NCBI GenBank assembly: GCA_016711505.1
Contig: JADJSV010000002.1
Location: forward strand, 199,674-263,673
Direction of reading: 5' to 3'
Source: Bacteroidota bacterium
GTDB lineage: Bacteria; Bacteroidota; Bacteroidia; AKYH767-A; 2013-40CM-41-45
DNA length: 64,000 nt
Shown: positions 55,199 through 64,000 of the stretch, piece after piece
Layout of the letters: every line of letters begins with the position of its first letter
How positions within the stretch are numbered: position 1 is the first letter of the stretch
Translations under genes and position numbers: made by a program
Notes under the pieces: model-generated
What the model saw: only the letters and a program-made list of their open reading frames with translations
Told to the model about the DNA's origin: nothing
The model's database searches: none

Positions 55199-55254
55199 CA
55201 CTTTTCACTTTTCACTTTTCACTTTTCACTTTTCACTTTTCACTTTTCACTTTT
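55199..55254 (-). repeat. Heptanucleotide tandem repeat (GTGAAAA)x8 on the minus strand, flanked by an 8-bp-arm palindrome atcccgat-aa-atcgggat at 55177-55194
   Basis: Read directly: (cactttt)x8 on the plus strand. Confidence 0.85.
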
Positions 55255-55256
55255 TA

Positions 55257-56270
55257 CTATTGATCCGTCAACGCTTTCAAAAAATTAACCAGATCTTGTT
55301 TCTGTTGCGGAGATAAATTTTTCGGTCGCACAACATTGCTTTTATTCGGATGAGGCTGTCCGCCACTATTGTAGTGTTCGACTACTTCTTCGAGTGTTGC
55401 AATACTTCCATCGTGCATATAAGGGGCCGTGAGTTCAACATTTCGTAAAGAAGGTACTTTGAATTTACCGACATCACTTGCATTGCCTGTGATTCGGGCT
55501 CTTCCTGAATCAGGATAAACGGAATACAAGCCATTGTTTTGAAAACTAAAATCGGTGAAATTGTAATCGACATGGCAATGAAAACAATCTGCTTCTTCAT
55601 TGAAGAACATGATCATTCCATTTTTTTCAGAAGTATTCAATGCAAATGAATCACCTTCATAAACAAATCTGTCGTACTTTGATTTACCTGTAAAGAGCGT
55701 ACGCTCATAGCAAGCAATTGCTCTTGTCAAAGTATAAACAGAAGGTTCAAGGCCATAACTTTTCTGAAAATCTGCAACATAGTCTTTGTTGTTCCTAAGT
55801 CTTTCCACAGCCAGATTCACATCAAAGTCCATTTCATTTGGGTTTTCGATAGGAGCAAGCACCTGTTGTTCAAGATTCGGAACACCACCATCCCAGAAGG
55901 AATAAGGCTGATAAGCAACATTCAAAATTGTCATTGCATTTCGCATTGCATGTCTGCCACTGATTCCTAAACTTAATGCTACACCATCTGTGAATTTTAA
56001 TCCCGGCAAGTGACAAGATCCACATGAAATAGAACTGTCTCTTGAAAGAATTGGATCGAAAAATAATTTCTCACCCAATGCAATTCTGTTTAAAGTCGGC
56101 TTGTTATCGGAAGGAATATTCGGATAAGGAAATCCAACAGGCACATCCAGAATTATAAATTCATTTCCCGGATCGATAATAGGATCTGTAGCTTTTTCCT
56201 TTTTGCAGGCAAAAGTCATTAAAGCAATAAAGAATAAGAATACATACTTTTTCATCCTGTCAAATTGCAT
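55257..56270 (-). CDS. Di-haem cytochrome c peroxidase (CCP/MauG/MbnH family)
   Basis: Two CxxCH haem motifs (SCGSCHL and DCFHCHVD). Signal peptide. ~337 aa. Confidence 0.85.
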   Translation of the reverse strand: MQFDRMKKYVFLFFIALMTFACKKEKATDPIIDPGNEFIILDVPVGFPYPNIPSDNKPTLNRIALGEKLFFDPILSRDSSISCGSCHLPGLKFTDGVALSLGISGRHAMRNAMTILNVAYQPYSFWDGGVPNLEQQVLAPIENPNEMDFDVNLAVERLRNNKDYVADFQKSYGLEPSVYTLTRAIACYERTLFTGKSKYDRFVYEGDSFALNTSEKNGMIMFFNEEADCFHCHVDYNFTDFSFQNNGLYSVYPDSGRARITGNASDVGKFKVPSLRNVELTAPYMHDGSIATLEEVVEHYNSGGQPHPNKSNVVRPKNLSPQQKQDLVNFLKALTDQ

Positions 56271-56333
56271 TTTAAAAAATACCGAATCCGGAGCCCAGAT
56301 TTGTTTATGGTTCCGGATTCGATATAAAGTTCT

Positions 56334-57092
56334 TTATTCTACTTCAAAAGCAGACTGCCAACTGTTAGCTATTTTGGTTGCTAACATCATATTATCCATT
56401 GTATGCGTCATAAGTTCTGAAGTCATATCAACATTGATCAATGCAGCAGCAAGATCAAAATTCAAGTGGATCACCTGATCTTGTCCTGAATTTACGCTGA
56501 ATGCGTCCGTAGAAAAGTCAATGGTACGTTTAAATTCGTCCATGCCGATATGATATAAATAGTCAACGTTTACAGGTCCGGTTTGAGCAACAGTTGTATC
56601 AACCTTGCCTTCAACTTTCCAGAATATGTAACCGCTATTCCATGACCAGTGAATCGAAGGTGTTTGAACAGAAAGCGGATTTGACGAAGGGTATGTTGAC
56701 GGATCGGAGTGATTTATTGTTGAATCAAGTCCTACAATAAATCTGAAGCCTTTGTAATTTCCGACAGGAACCATTCCTAATTCATACTCATCAATTTCCG
56801 GATTTGTAAGAAAAATTTTTCCTGTAATCGGCAATTCGCTTCCGTCACTTTTGATCAGCACAATATTTGAAATATACATTCTGTAATCTTCAATTGTGAA
56901 TCGTTGACCGGCTGAATTTATAAATGTAGAATCATAATTTGCTGTATGTGTTCCAACATTCGAGTGTAAATGCATTGTCAGATTTTGCTCTGTAGAAGGA
57001 GTTGGTTCTTCAGATTTATCCTTTTTACATGAAGTGAATAATAGAGTTGTGCATGCTAATGTCATAGCTGCAATGGAAAATAGTTTTTTCAT
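56334..57092 (-). CDS. Lipoprotein, putatively an MbnP-family copper-binding partner of the adjacent di-haem peroxidase
   Basis: Lipobox FTSCK. ~250 aa. It sits immediately 5' of and co-oriented with the CCP gene. The family call is from memory of Bacteroidetes MbnP-like proteins ('...HWSWNSGYIFWKVEG'). Confidence 0.35.
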   Translation of the reverse strand: MKKLFSIAAMTLACTTLLFTSCKKDKSEEPTPSTEQNLTMHLHSNVGTHTANYDSTFINSAGQRFTIEDYRMYISNIVLIKSDGSELPITGKIFLTNPEIDEYELGMVPVGNYKGFRFIVGLDSTINHSDPSTYPSSNPLSVQTPSIHWSWNSGYIFWKVEGKVDTTVAQTGPVNVDYLYHIGMDEFKRTIDFSTDAFSVNSGQDQVIHLNFDLAAALINVDMTSELMTHTMDNMMLATKIANSWQSAFEVE

Positions 57093-57198
57093 TGATTGAT
57101 TGGGTTGATTAATTTAAATTAGTGATTGACGCAAACAATAATTCAAGACACATAGTGTTGAGATTTATTGATTGAAAATAAAAAGTGAATAAATTGTA

Positions 57199-57570
57199 TT
57201 AAGAGCGAGGTGGCTGAAAAGGTTGATTCTGGAAAGCTACCGTTAGTTTCTCAAGATAAGGTGTTGAAATCTGTTCAACCAGATTACTAATGTATAAAGT
57301 GGTTGGGTTGAAAACAGATAGGTAAACAATTGTTTCCATTTTTTCCTTTACCGTACTTAAAGGAGTGGATTCACTTTGTTCATGAGCTTTGAGCTCTTTC
57401 ATCAAATGACATTTACCATTGCAACTTAACTTTGGCTTGTCTTTATTGATACAATAGTTTTTGGTAATATATTCTTTGTTCAAAGCGTAACCGGCGAAAA
57501 TTACCACACTACTCATAGTTTGACTAAGAATAGCGAGGCTAATTACAAATAAGAGAATCCGGTTGATCAT
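57199..57570 (-). CDS. Small membrane-anchored protein with CINKDKPKLSCNGKCHL and a C-terminal FQPPRS. It leads the MbnP-like/CCP operon.
   Basis: N-terminal TM. Cys motif. The C-terminal QPP(K/R)xS resembles 30899-31222. Confidence 0.35.
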   Translation of the reverse strand: MINRILLFVISLAILSQTMSSVVIFAGYALNKEYITKNYCINKDKPKLSCNGKCHLMKELKAHEQSESTPLSTVKEKMETIVYLSVFNPTTLYISNLVEQISTPYLEKLTVAFQNQPFQPPRS

Positions 57571-57805
57571 AATTTACTTACGCAAAGATAAGCATATTTG
57601 GTACGAAAAAGCATGATAAATGTTGTGTTAATTGCAGTTTTTTATGTGTTAGATTGGGTTTTTTTAAGCTGAATTTGAATTTTGGAAAGGGAGAGTAAGT
57701 AATTTTTTTTTAACACAAGATCACTAAGGTTTTATCACAAGAGCACAGTGTTTTCACTTAGTGTTTTTGGATATAACTTTAGTGAACTTGTGTTTAATTG
57801 ATATG

Positions 57806-59128
57806 TTAAATAATAGCCTCAGCCACAACAAATGTGCTCCCGCCAATGAAGATCATATCTGACAAACTACTGTTTGATCTTGCTGCGGAAATTGCTTTAG
57901 AAACGGATTCGTAAGCGTTGCCATTCAGGTTATATGCTTTTGCCAGATTTTTTAATTCTTCTGCATCAAGGGCACGGGGGATATTTGCTTTGCAGAAATA
58001 GTAGCTTGCATTTGCTGGGAGCAATTCCAGGATTCCGGAAACGTCTTTATCATTAACAACTCCGATCACCATATGAAGTTTCTCAAATTTACATTGCGAA
58101 ATTTGCTGAACAATAAATTCAATACCGGCTTTGTTATGTCCGACATCGCAAATGACAAGTGGTGCATCAGAAAGTTTTTGCCATCGCCCCATCAGTCCTG
58201 TTAATTCCTGCACATTAGAAAATGCATCTCTCACGTGCGACTCAGAAATTTTCCATCCTGACTTTTTCAGCTGTTCGATAGCACAAAGAACTGTTGTGAT
58301 ATTTTTTTTCTGATAATTTCCTTGAAGATTAAGTTTGAGGTCGGTATAGAGAATTTTTTTGTCTATAAAAACATTGAACATGATTCCGTTCTCATCATTA
58401 GTAATCACTTCGGTTTGGATAATATCTTCTGCAAAAGTAAATGGTGAATTTAATTTTTTTGCATGCTCAGTGAAAACATTTTGAATTTCAATTTGTCTTT
58501 CTCCAATGATCACGGGGACAAACCTTTTTATGATACCTGCTTTTTCAGTAGCAATTTTTTCAAGTGTATCGCCCAGCAATTGCATGTGATCATAACTGAT
58601 ATTTGTGATGATAGAAAGTTCAGGTGTAATGATATTTGTTGAATCAAGTCGACCTCCCAATCCTGTTTCAATGATTGCTATATCTACTTTTTCTTTTGCA
58701 AAATAATCGAAAGCAAGTCCAACGCACCATTCAAAAAAGCTCAGGTCAATCTTTTCAAAAGAAGATTTATGCTCATTTACAAAATCGACCACTACTTTTT
58801 CAGGGATCATTTCACCATTAATACGGATTCTTTCTCTGAAATCTTTCAGGTGCGGTGAGGTGTAAAGTGCGGTATTATAGCCCGCCTTTTGTAAAACCGC
58901 AGCCAATAAGTGGGAAGTCGAGCCCTTTCCATTTGTCCCGGCAATATGTAAAGATTTAAAGGAATTTTGCGGATTTCCGAGCGAATTGCAAAGTTCGATT
59001 GTATTTTTCAGGTCGGCTTTATAGGCAGCTGCGCCTATTCTATGGAACATAGGAAGCCTGGAAAAGAGGTAATCTAACGTCTGCCGGTAAGTCACTTGAT
59101 CGAAGTACAAATTTGATTTCAGGGGCAA
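57806..59128 (-). CDS. folC: Bifunctional folylpolyglutamate synthase / dihydrofolate synthase
   Basis: Mur-ligase P-loop 'IAGTNGKGST'. ~440 aa. FolC-like C-terminal domain. Confidence 0.85.
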   Translation of the reverse strand: MPLKSNLYFDQVTYRQTLDYLFSRLPMFHRIGAAAYKADLKNTIELCNSLGNPQNSFKSLHIAGTNGKGSTSHLLAAVLQKAGYNTALYTSPHLKDFRERIRINGEMIPEKVVVDFVNEHKSSFEKIDLSFFEWCVGLAFDYFAKEKVDIAIIETGLGGRLDSTNIITPELSIITNISYDHMQLLGDTLEKIATEKAGIIKRFVPVIIGERQIEIQNVFTEHAKKLNSPFTFAEDIIQTEVITNDENGIMFNVFIDKKILYTDLKLNLQGNYQKKNITTVLCAIEQLKKSGWKISESHVRDAFSNVQELTGLMGRWQKLSDAPLVICDVGHNKAGIEFIVQQISQCKFEKLHMVIGVVNDKDVSGILELLPANASYYFCKANIPRALDAEELKNLAKAYNLNGNAYESVSKAISAARSNSSLSDMIFIGGSTFVVAEAII

Positions 59129-59504
59129 TTTACGACCAAATTAGTTCGCAATGTGAAAATTATCTTTGTGGGAATAAGTTTTTTTCTAAATTGCTTACGC
59201 TAACAACCACCACATTATGCCTTTAACGAAACGGGCCACAAGAAAGCTGATAGGCACTTGGCCACAAAGACTAGCCTTGTCAGGATTGACCGCTTTTGTC
59301 GTTTGGAGTGTAACCGAAGAAAATCTTTTTCTCTTTGCCTCGGTCTGGTTAGTGTCCCATTTAATTCTCACTTTGCTCAATTCAAAAATTCCGGAAGTGA
59401 CGACGAATTTTAACGAAGAGATGCGTTATTGAATTGGGAGATCGTAATTCGAGACTCGTAATGCCTAATAAATGTGGGCTTCAAGTCATTTTAATTATTT
59501 ACCG

Positions 59505-59858
59505 TTAAGTACTCAGAGAAAAATTTTTCCAGAAGAGTGGTCTGCACATTTTGATTCTTGCTTGCATTTTCTTTTCAATTACTTCCGGATTGTTTCGGAC
59601 AAATTTCTGAATCTCTGTTTCAGATTCTGCTTCAAGTAAATTAATTATTCCGCTTCCATTTTCAAAAAGTGCAGCCATGATCAATCTGCCGTCAGTATAT
59701 GCTTGTCGCATATAATTTTCATGTCGGCGCAGATCGACCGTAGTAAATGTTTTATGAGAAGGAAAGTTTTCTCCCATTGTCCACAGAATAAAATACAGAT
59801 GTTTTAGTCCGCTTCTGATGCTTGGTGGAGATTCAATTTTGTCAAGAGGTTCTATCAT
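59505..59858 (-). CDS. YciI-like family protein
   Basis: 'LIMAALFENGSGIINLLEAESETEIQKFVRNNP' resembles the YciI fold core (...GPF.DGSG.L.LLEA.S.EEA..). Confidence 0.4.
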   Translation of the reverse strand: MIEPLDKIESPPSIRSGLKHLYFILWTMGENFPSHKTFTTVDLRRHENYMRQAYTDGRLIMAALFENGSGIINLLEAESETEIQKFVRNNPEVIEKKMQARIKMCRPLFWKNFSLST

Positions 59859-60096
59859 GGTTCGTGTGATTTTCGTGTCAAAAACAATAGCAATAAAAGT
59901 CAGACAGTATCATTTGTGGTATATTTAACATTGCCTTAACTGATATTCAAATATTCATTATATGTTTCGAATTATTATCAGTCTTGTGTCAGTTGTCTGT
60001 CATCGTAGCGTCAGGTGATGTAGGTATTTATTTTCGTGAATCGTGATTCGAGTTGTCCTTGATTCAGCGGTTTACTTGCTGCCAGGATTTTTATTT

Positions 60097-60242
60097 CCCG
60101 CAGATCCCGCAGATCCCGCAGATTAAGGCGCAGATCTTGTGTTCCAATTATTCACTGCTATTGCAAGAAAAACGATCTGGTATAATTTCGACGAACACTA
60201 TCTGCGGATTTATCTGCGCCTTAATCTGCGGGATCTGCGGGA
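60097..60242. repeat. GC-rich composite repeat with 31-bp perfect inverted arms (tcccgcagatcccgcagattaaggcgcagat), each built from 9-bp 'cccgcagat' direct repeats, around a ~75-bp AT-rich spacer containing ttgcaa/tataat-like hexamers
   Basis: Read directly. The left arm is 60096-60135, and the right arm's reverse complement lies at 60200-60242. The ORF 60053-60292 across it is an artefact. Confidence 0.7.
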
Positions 60243-60399
60243 GAAAAAATTTTCAACAACTAGCTGAAAATTTGCATATGTCAGTGTCTTAGAATAGGCG
60301 GATTTCAGCATATAAGACGAAGAAGGGCTCAAATCATTCGCAACTCGTGTTACGAATTTCGCATTACGAATTACAAAATCGAATTGCTACCTTTACGCT

Positions 60400-61895
60400 A
60401 TGAAAAAGTTATTGCTTACTTTCTTGTTTCTTTCAGTCTTTGTTGAATTAAGTTCTTCGCAGACGATTAAATTTTCGGAAGAGATAAAGGAAAATAAAAA
60501 TGCTCGCTACATGCGTGTATTGGGTTCGGATGAAGAAGGGAATATTTATGTATTGAGAAGTAATATCTCTCTTGAAACAGATCGTGACCGTTCCGGATTT
60601 AAGAGCAGAGTTTATTTTCTTCAATACTTAAGTGAGGATCTGAAACTACTCTGGGAAAAAGAGCTGCTAACTTCTTTTGAAGATGGTCATATTGCCGATG
60701 TGCAAATGAACAATGGCAGAGTAGTGGTCGTTGTTTTTTGAATAATAGAAAAGAGAAAACGTTTACTTTTTATATTCAGGCTTTAGACAACAGAGGAAAC
60801 TGGGTCAATAAGCCAAAAGAAGTTGATCAGTTTATTGCAAACGATATTGATGAAGACGACAAACCCGGTATTATAAATTCACAGGATGAATTGTCGATTG
60901 CATTCTCTTACCGGAAAGTGAGCACTGATAAAAATTTTCAGGGTTATCAGGTGCTTGTCATGGATACTTCTTTCAATGTCCGCTATAAAAAACAAATAGA
61001 TATCGAAGCTTCTGTAAATACCTATATTCCGGTATCATTTTTATTTTCTAATCAGGCGTCTTTCTTTGTTCTTGGAATTCATTATACCACTGAGAAACGT
61101 ATTAAGACACAAGGCCAGGCGTTTTATGAGTTGTATGGATTTAATTCGAAAACGAATCAGGTTCTTCACTCAGAAATTAAAAGTGAAACTAAATTTTTGA
61201 CTGATGTAGGTTTCACAATTGATAATGTAAACAAGCGGGTAATTGCTGCAGGATTTTATTCAGACAAGACCACATATTCAGTGGCTGGAGTATTTTACAA
61301 TGCCTTTTCGGAAGATAGTCTTATTCAACTTTCATCGCAGAACTCGGCTTTCCCTGAATCGTATATGCAGAAATTCATAGGAGAAAGAAAAGACGGCCGT
61401 AGTAAAGAACTTGTCAATTACACGATTGATCGTCTCATCGTTCGCAGAGATGGTGGTGTAGCAATACTCGCTGAATCATTCAATCGCGCTGAGCGGTCGT
61501 ACTGGGACTATTACATGCAAACATATGTTTATCATTACTACTATCACTATGGCAACGTAATGATCTTATCGATCAATCCTTCAGGTGATATTTTGTGGAA
61601 TAATGTTGTGTCAAAAGATCAGAACTCTATCGATGATGCTGGATATTCTTCCTCTTATATAAGTTCAATTGTGAGTGGAAAAATAATTTCTCTCTATAAC
61701 AAATATATCGACGATGATTCATCAGTGCTCATGACAACAGTCGATGGAATAGGAGCACAAAAAACCGATGTGCTGTTCAATGAAAATGAAAAAGTGGTTA
61801 TAATTCCCAAGTCGGCTAAACAGATTGATGAAGACACTATTTTATTGCCGGCTTATAAGCAGAACAGGTTTTTTATACTAAAAGTCACCTTGTAA
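60400..61895 (+). CDS. Secreted hypothetical protein (~498 aa). There is a frameshift at 60738-60741.
   Basis: Signal peptide MKKLLLTFLFLSVFVELSSSQ. ORFs 60400-60741 and 60738-61895 join at a T6 run. Confidence 0.4.
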
Positions 61896-61904
61896 TTAAT
61901 TGAT

Positions 61905-62950
61905 TCAGGATTTTTTCTGCAGTAATATCTTCTTTCCCGGAGGAATCGAAGCTCCTTCATTCAGTTCGTTATACTTATAAATGTATTTGGATTTAATTCC
62001 ATATTCCTGAGAGATAGAGAAAACAGTATCTCCGGGTTTTGTTATATAGAATTTTTTATCGCTTTCTTTTTCTTTGGCTGGATGTACACTATCTGACCTT
62101 CTGAAAGATTTGCATCATCACGAACTTCATTATATTTTGGTAACTGCCAGTAGCCGAGATTTAATTCTTTTGCAAGACTTTCATATGTATCTCCGTGGCG
62201 GGCTATAACATATTTAATTCCGTTTTTCTCTTTTACCTTGCGGGTTGCAAATGCATCAACAACTTCAACAGAAGGAACAAAAACCCGTTTCTCTTTTATA
62301 TCTCTTTTAGGATAAGACTCAGCTATTACTTCATCAGTTGAAGTGCTATTAGAAGCTGTAGTAGTATTTGTATTTGAATTTGGTGAAGGAGCAGGAGTCT
62401 TGCTGTCAGCATAAAGTGGAAGTTCTTCCTGAGTATCCAGTAAATGCAATTGATAATCTTCTATGATCTTGATCAAACGGGTAGCATAAGCAGGATCAGT
62501 TGCATACCCGGCTTTCTTCAAACCTTTCGCCCAGCCTTTGTAATCTGTTTTGTCGAGTTCAAATAAGAATGCATAACGTGACCGGGTTTTGAGGAAATTA
62601 CTGTGATCGTCGTATGATTCTAAAGTTGTATTGTATTTTCTGAAACATTCGTCTTTTTCATCATCATCCTGAATGTACGAAGGTCCAACCCAATTAGCGC
62701 ATTTGATACCAAAGTGGTTATTAGCCTGAACAGCTAACGGACTTTTTCCATCACTTGATTCAAGACAAGCCTGAGCCATAGTAATACTAGCAGGCACGCC
62801 GGACTTGATCATTTCACGGATAGCATCTTCTTTGTGATCGGCAATGTATTGCAATCTTGCTGCTTTTGGATCTGCAGCGAAAGTTGAATTTAAGCCAATA
62901 AGTAAAAAGAAGGCAAGAATGGATGAAACTTTCATAGTCATTAAACGCAA
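61905..62950 (-). CDS. GH73 glucosaminidase (FlgJ-like mannosyl-glycoprotein endo-beta-N-acetylglucosaminidase) with two C-terminal LysM domains. There is a frameshift near 62042-62100.
   Basis: 'ITMAQACLESSDGKSPLAVQANNHFGIK' is the GH73 motif. LysM 'YVIARHGDTYESLAKEL'. The second LysM 'YITKPGDTVFSISQEYGIK...' is in an alternate frame. Confidence 0.7.
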
Positions 62951-63041
62951 TTTTGTGATGGTTATTTGTGAGATTATTACGATGATTTAATGTAGTAAGA
63001 TACACTTAGAAGTGTAATTAATTGCCTGAAATTCTTAAAAG

Positions 63042-63926
63042 TTATGGATAAAATGGAAAAATTCCGCCTGTATGGATCGCCGTAATACTGCTTTTGGTCT
63101 GAAAGGTTCCCTTTTTGAGTAGATCATTTATTGCAAAAAACATTTTTCCGGTATAAACAGGTTCGATCTGAATGTTGTTTTGGAAATAAAATTCTCTGCA
63201 GAAATTATCGAGTTCAGATGTTGATTTTGCATAACCTCCAAAATGATAGTCGTAATGCAAAGTGATCTTTGAAAGATCGCCACCCAAATCTGAAATATTT
63301 TTCTGCATGAATTGCGCACCTTTCAATACAGGAATTCCATGCACTTCTTGTCCGGGTTTTACACCTTTTGAGATCCCGGCAACTGTAGCACCTGTTCCAC
63401 ATGCGCAGAAAATATAATTGGCTTCAGGAATTTCATTTGCAATTTCTGAAGTTCCTTCTACTGCTGCAAGATTGGATCCGCCTTCGGGAAGAATAAAAAC
63501 ATCATCAGGATCTTTTATAATTCCTTTACTCTTCAATGTTAGTAACAGATTGGAAATATATTCCGCATTATCTTTTTGTCTGTACTCTTCTCTCGAAACA
63601 AAAATCAGTTTCATTTTATTTTCAAGCATGAATTGAATACATGGATTTGAAATTTCATCACCACGAACAATTCCGATAGAATCAATTCCAAGTTGATGAG
63701 TAGCAGCAGCAGTTGCGATCAGATGGTTTGAATATGCGCCGCCAAAAGTGAGAAGCACTTTTTTATTCTGTTCTCTGAAATCGATCAGATTGTATTTCAG
63801 CTTGCGCCATTTGTTTCCGCCGGTAAAAGGATGCACAAGGTCTTCGCGCAAAACGGAAATTTTAAAATCTCCTGATTCCGGTAGACGGATTTCCTGAAGG
63901 ATTGACTTGGATTGGAGATTCAACAT
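63042..63926 (-). CDS. PLP-dependent enzyme of the 1-aminocyclopropane-1-carboxylate deaminase / D-cysteine desulfhydrase family
   Basis: 'HPFTGGNKWRKL' (PLP-lysine region), 'FGGAYSNH', 'PEGGSN'. ~294 aa. Confidence 0.7.
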   Translation of the reverse strand: MLNLQSKSILQEIRLPESGDFKISVLREDLVHPFTGGNKWRKLKYNLIDFREQNKKVLLTFGGAYSNHLIATAAATHQLGIDSIGIVRGDEISNPCIQFMLENKMKLIFVSREEYRQKDNAEYISNLLLTLKSKGIIKDPDDVFILPEGGSNLAAVEGTSEIANEIPEANYIFCACGTGATVAGISKGVKPGQEVHGIPVLKGAQFMQKNISDLGGDLSKITLHYDYHFGGYAKSTSELDNFCREFYFQNNIQIEPVYTGKMFFAINDLLKKGTFQTKSSITAIHTGGIFPFYP

Positions 63927-64000
63927 CCGGCAAAAATACTTATATAATCACCTGCTTATATGCGGTTCCGATTTACATTTCAAATAAAGTTCTTTGACTA

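Noticed and set aside
60053-60292. 79-aa ORF (PQIPQIPQIK repeat)
   Set aside because: It is produced by translating the GC-rich 'cccgcagat' repeat element and is not a credible protein.
1-64000. CRISPR arrays, rRNA genes, IS/transposase genes
   Set aside because: No repeat-spacer architecture is present. The only tandem repeats are 7-mer tracts without spacers. No rRNA-like conserved stretches and no DDE or Tnp-like ORFs were recognised.

Overview
This is a low-GC, Bacteroidetes-type window. Many proteins carry T9SS/Por C-terminal sorting domains and Bacteroidetes-specific families. Its main feature is a ~38.7 kb integrated genomic island (about 1616-40313) inserted at the 3' end of a tRNA-Val(TAC) gene (40271-40345, minus strand). 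The island is bounded by a 47-bp direct repeat of the tRNA 3' end (1616-1662 and 40267-40313). It has a tyrosine integrase at the distal end (1803-3025) and an Xis-like HTH gene near the tRNA end. No conjugation genes are visible, so it looks like an integrative island rather than an ICE. Its cargo is heavy-metal resistance. There are two RND-type czcA/OMP/MFP efflux clusters; in one of them the czcA gene is split and its halves are reordered. There is a CopB-type (CPH) Cu P-type ATPase and a CPC Zn/Cd-type P-type ATPase. There are small lipoproteins carrying a CPxH..CPxCxM heavy-metal-binding domain, and an HMA-domain protein. A T9SS-targeted multicopper oxidase sits with thioredoxin-fold and BNR-like T9SS proteins. 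Other cargo includes methyltransferases, small Cys-rich proteins, PepSY-like and repeat-membrane proteins, and a badly fragmented single-chain Type IIG restriction-modification gene. The right chromosomal flank (40.3-64 kb) carries housekeeping and accessory genes: YihY, a DEAD-box helicase, FolC, a GH73-LysM glucosaminidase and a PLP-dependent ACC-deaminase-family enzyme. It also carries several T9SS cargo proteins and a di-haem cytochrome c peroxidase with a putative MbnP-like partner. The flank additionally contains two inward-facing (GTGAAAA)n heptamer arrays and a GC-rich nested inverted/direct repeat element. Frameshifted ORFs are very frequent in the 1-40 kb part of the window and rare in the right flank. 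Some coincide with homopolymers and may be sequencing errors. Where a gene is broken I report a merged span and say so.
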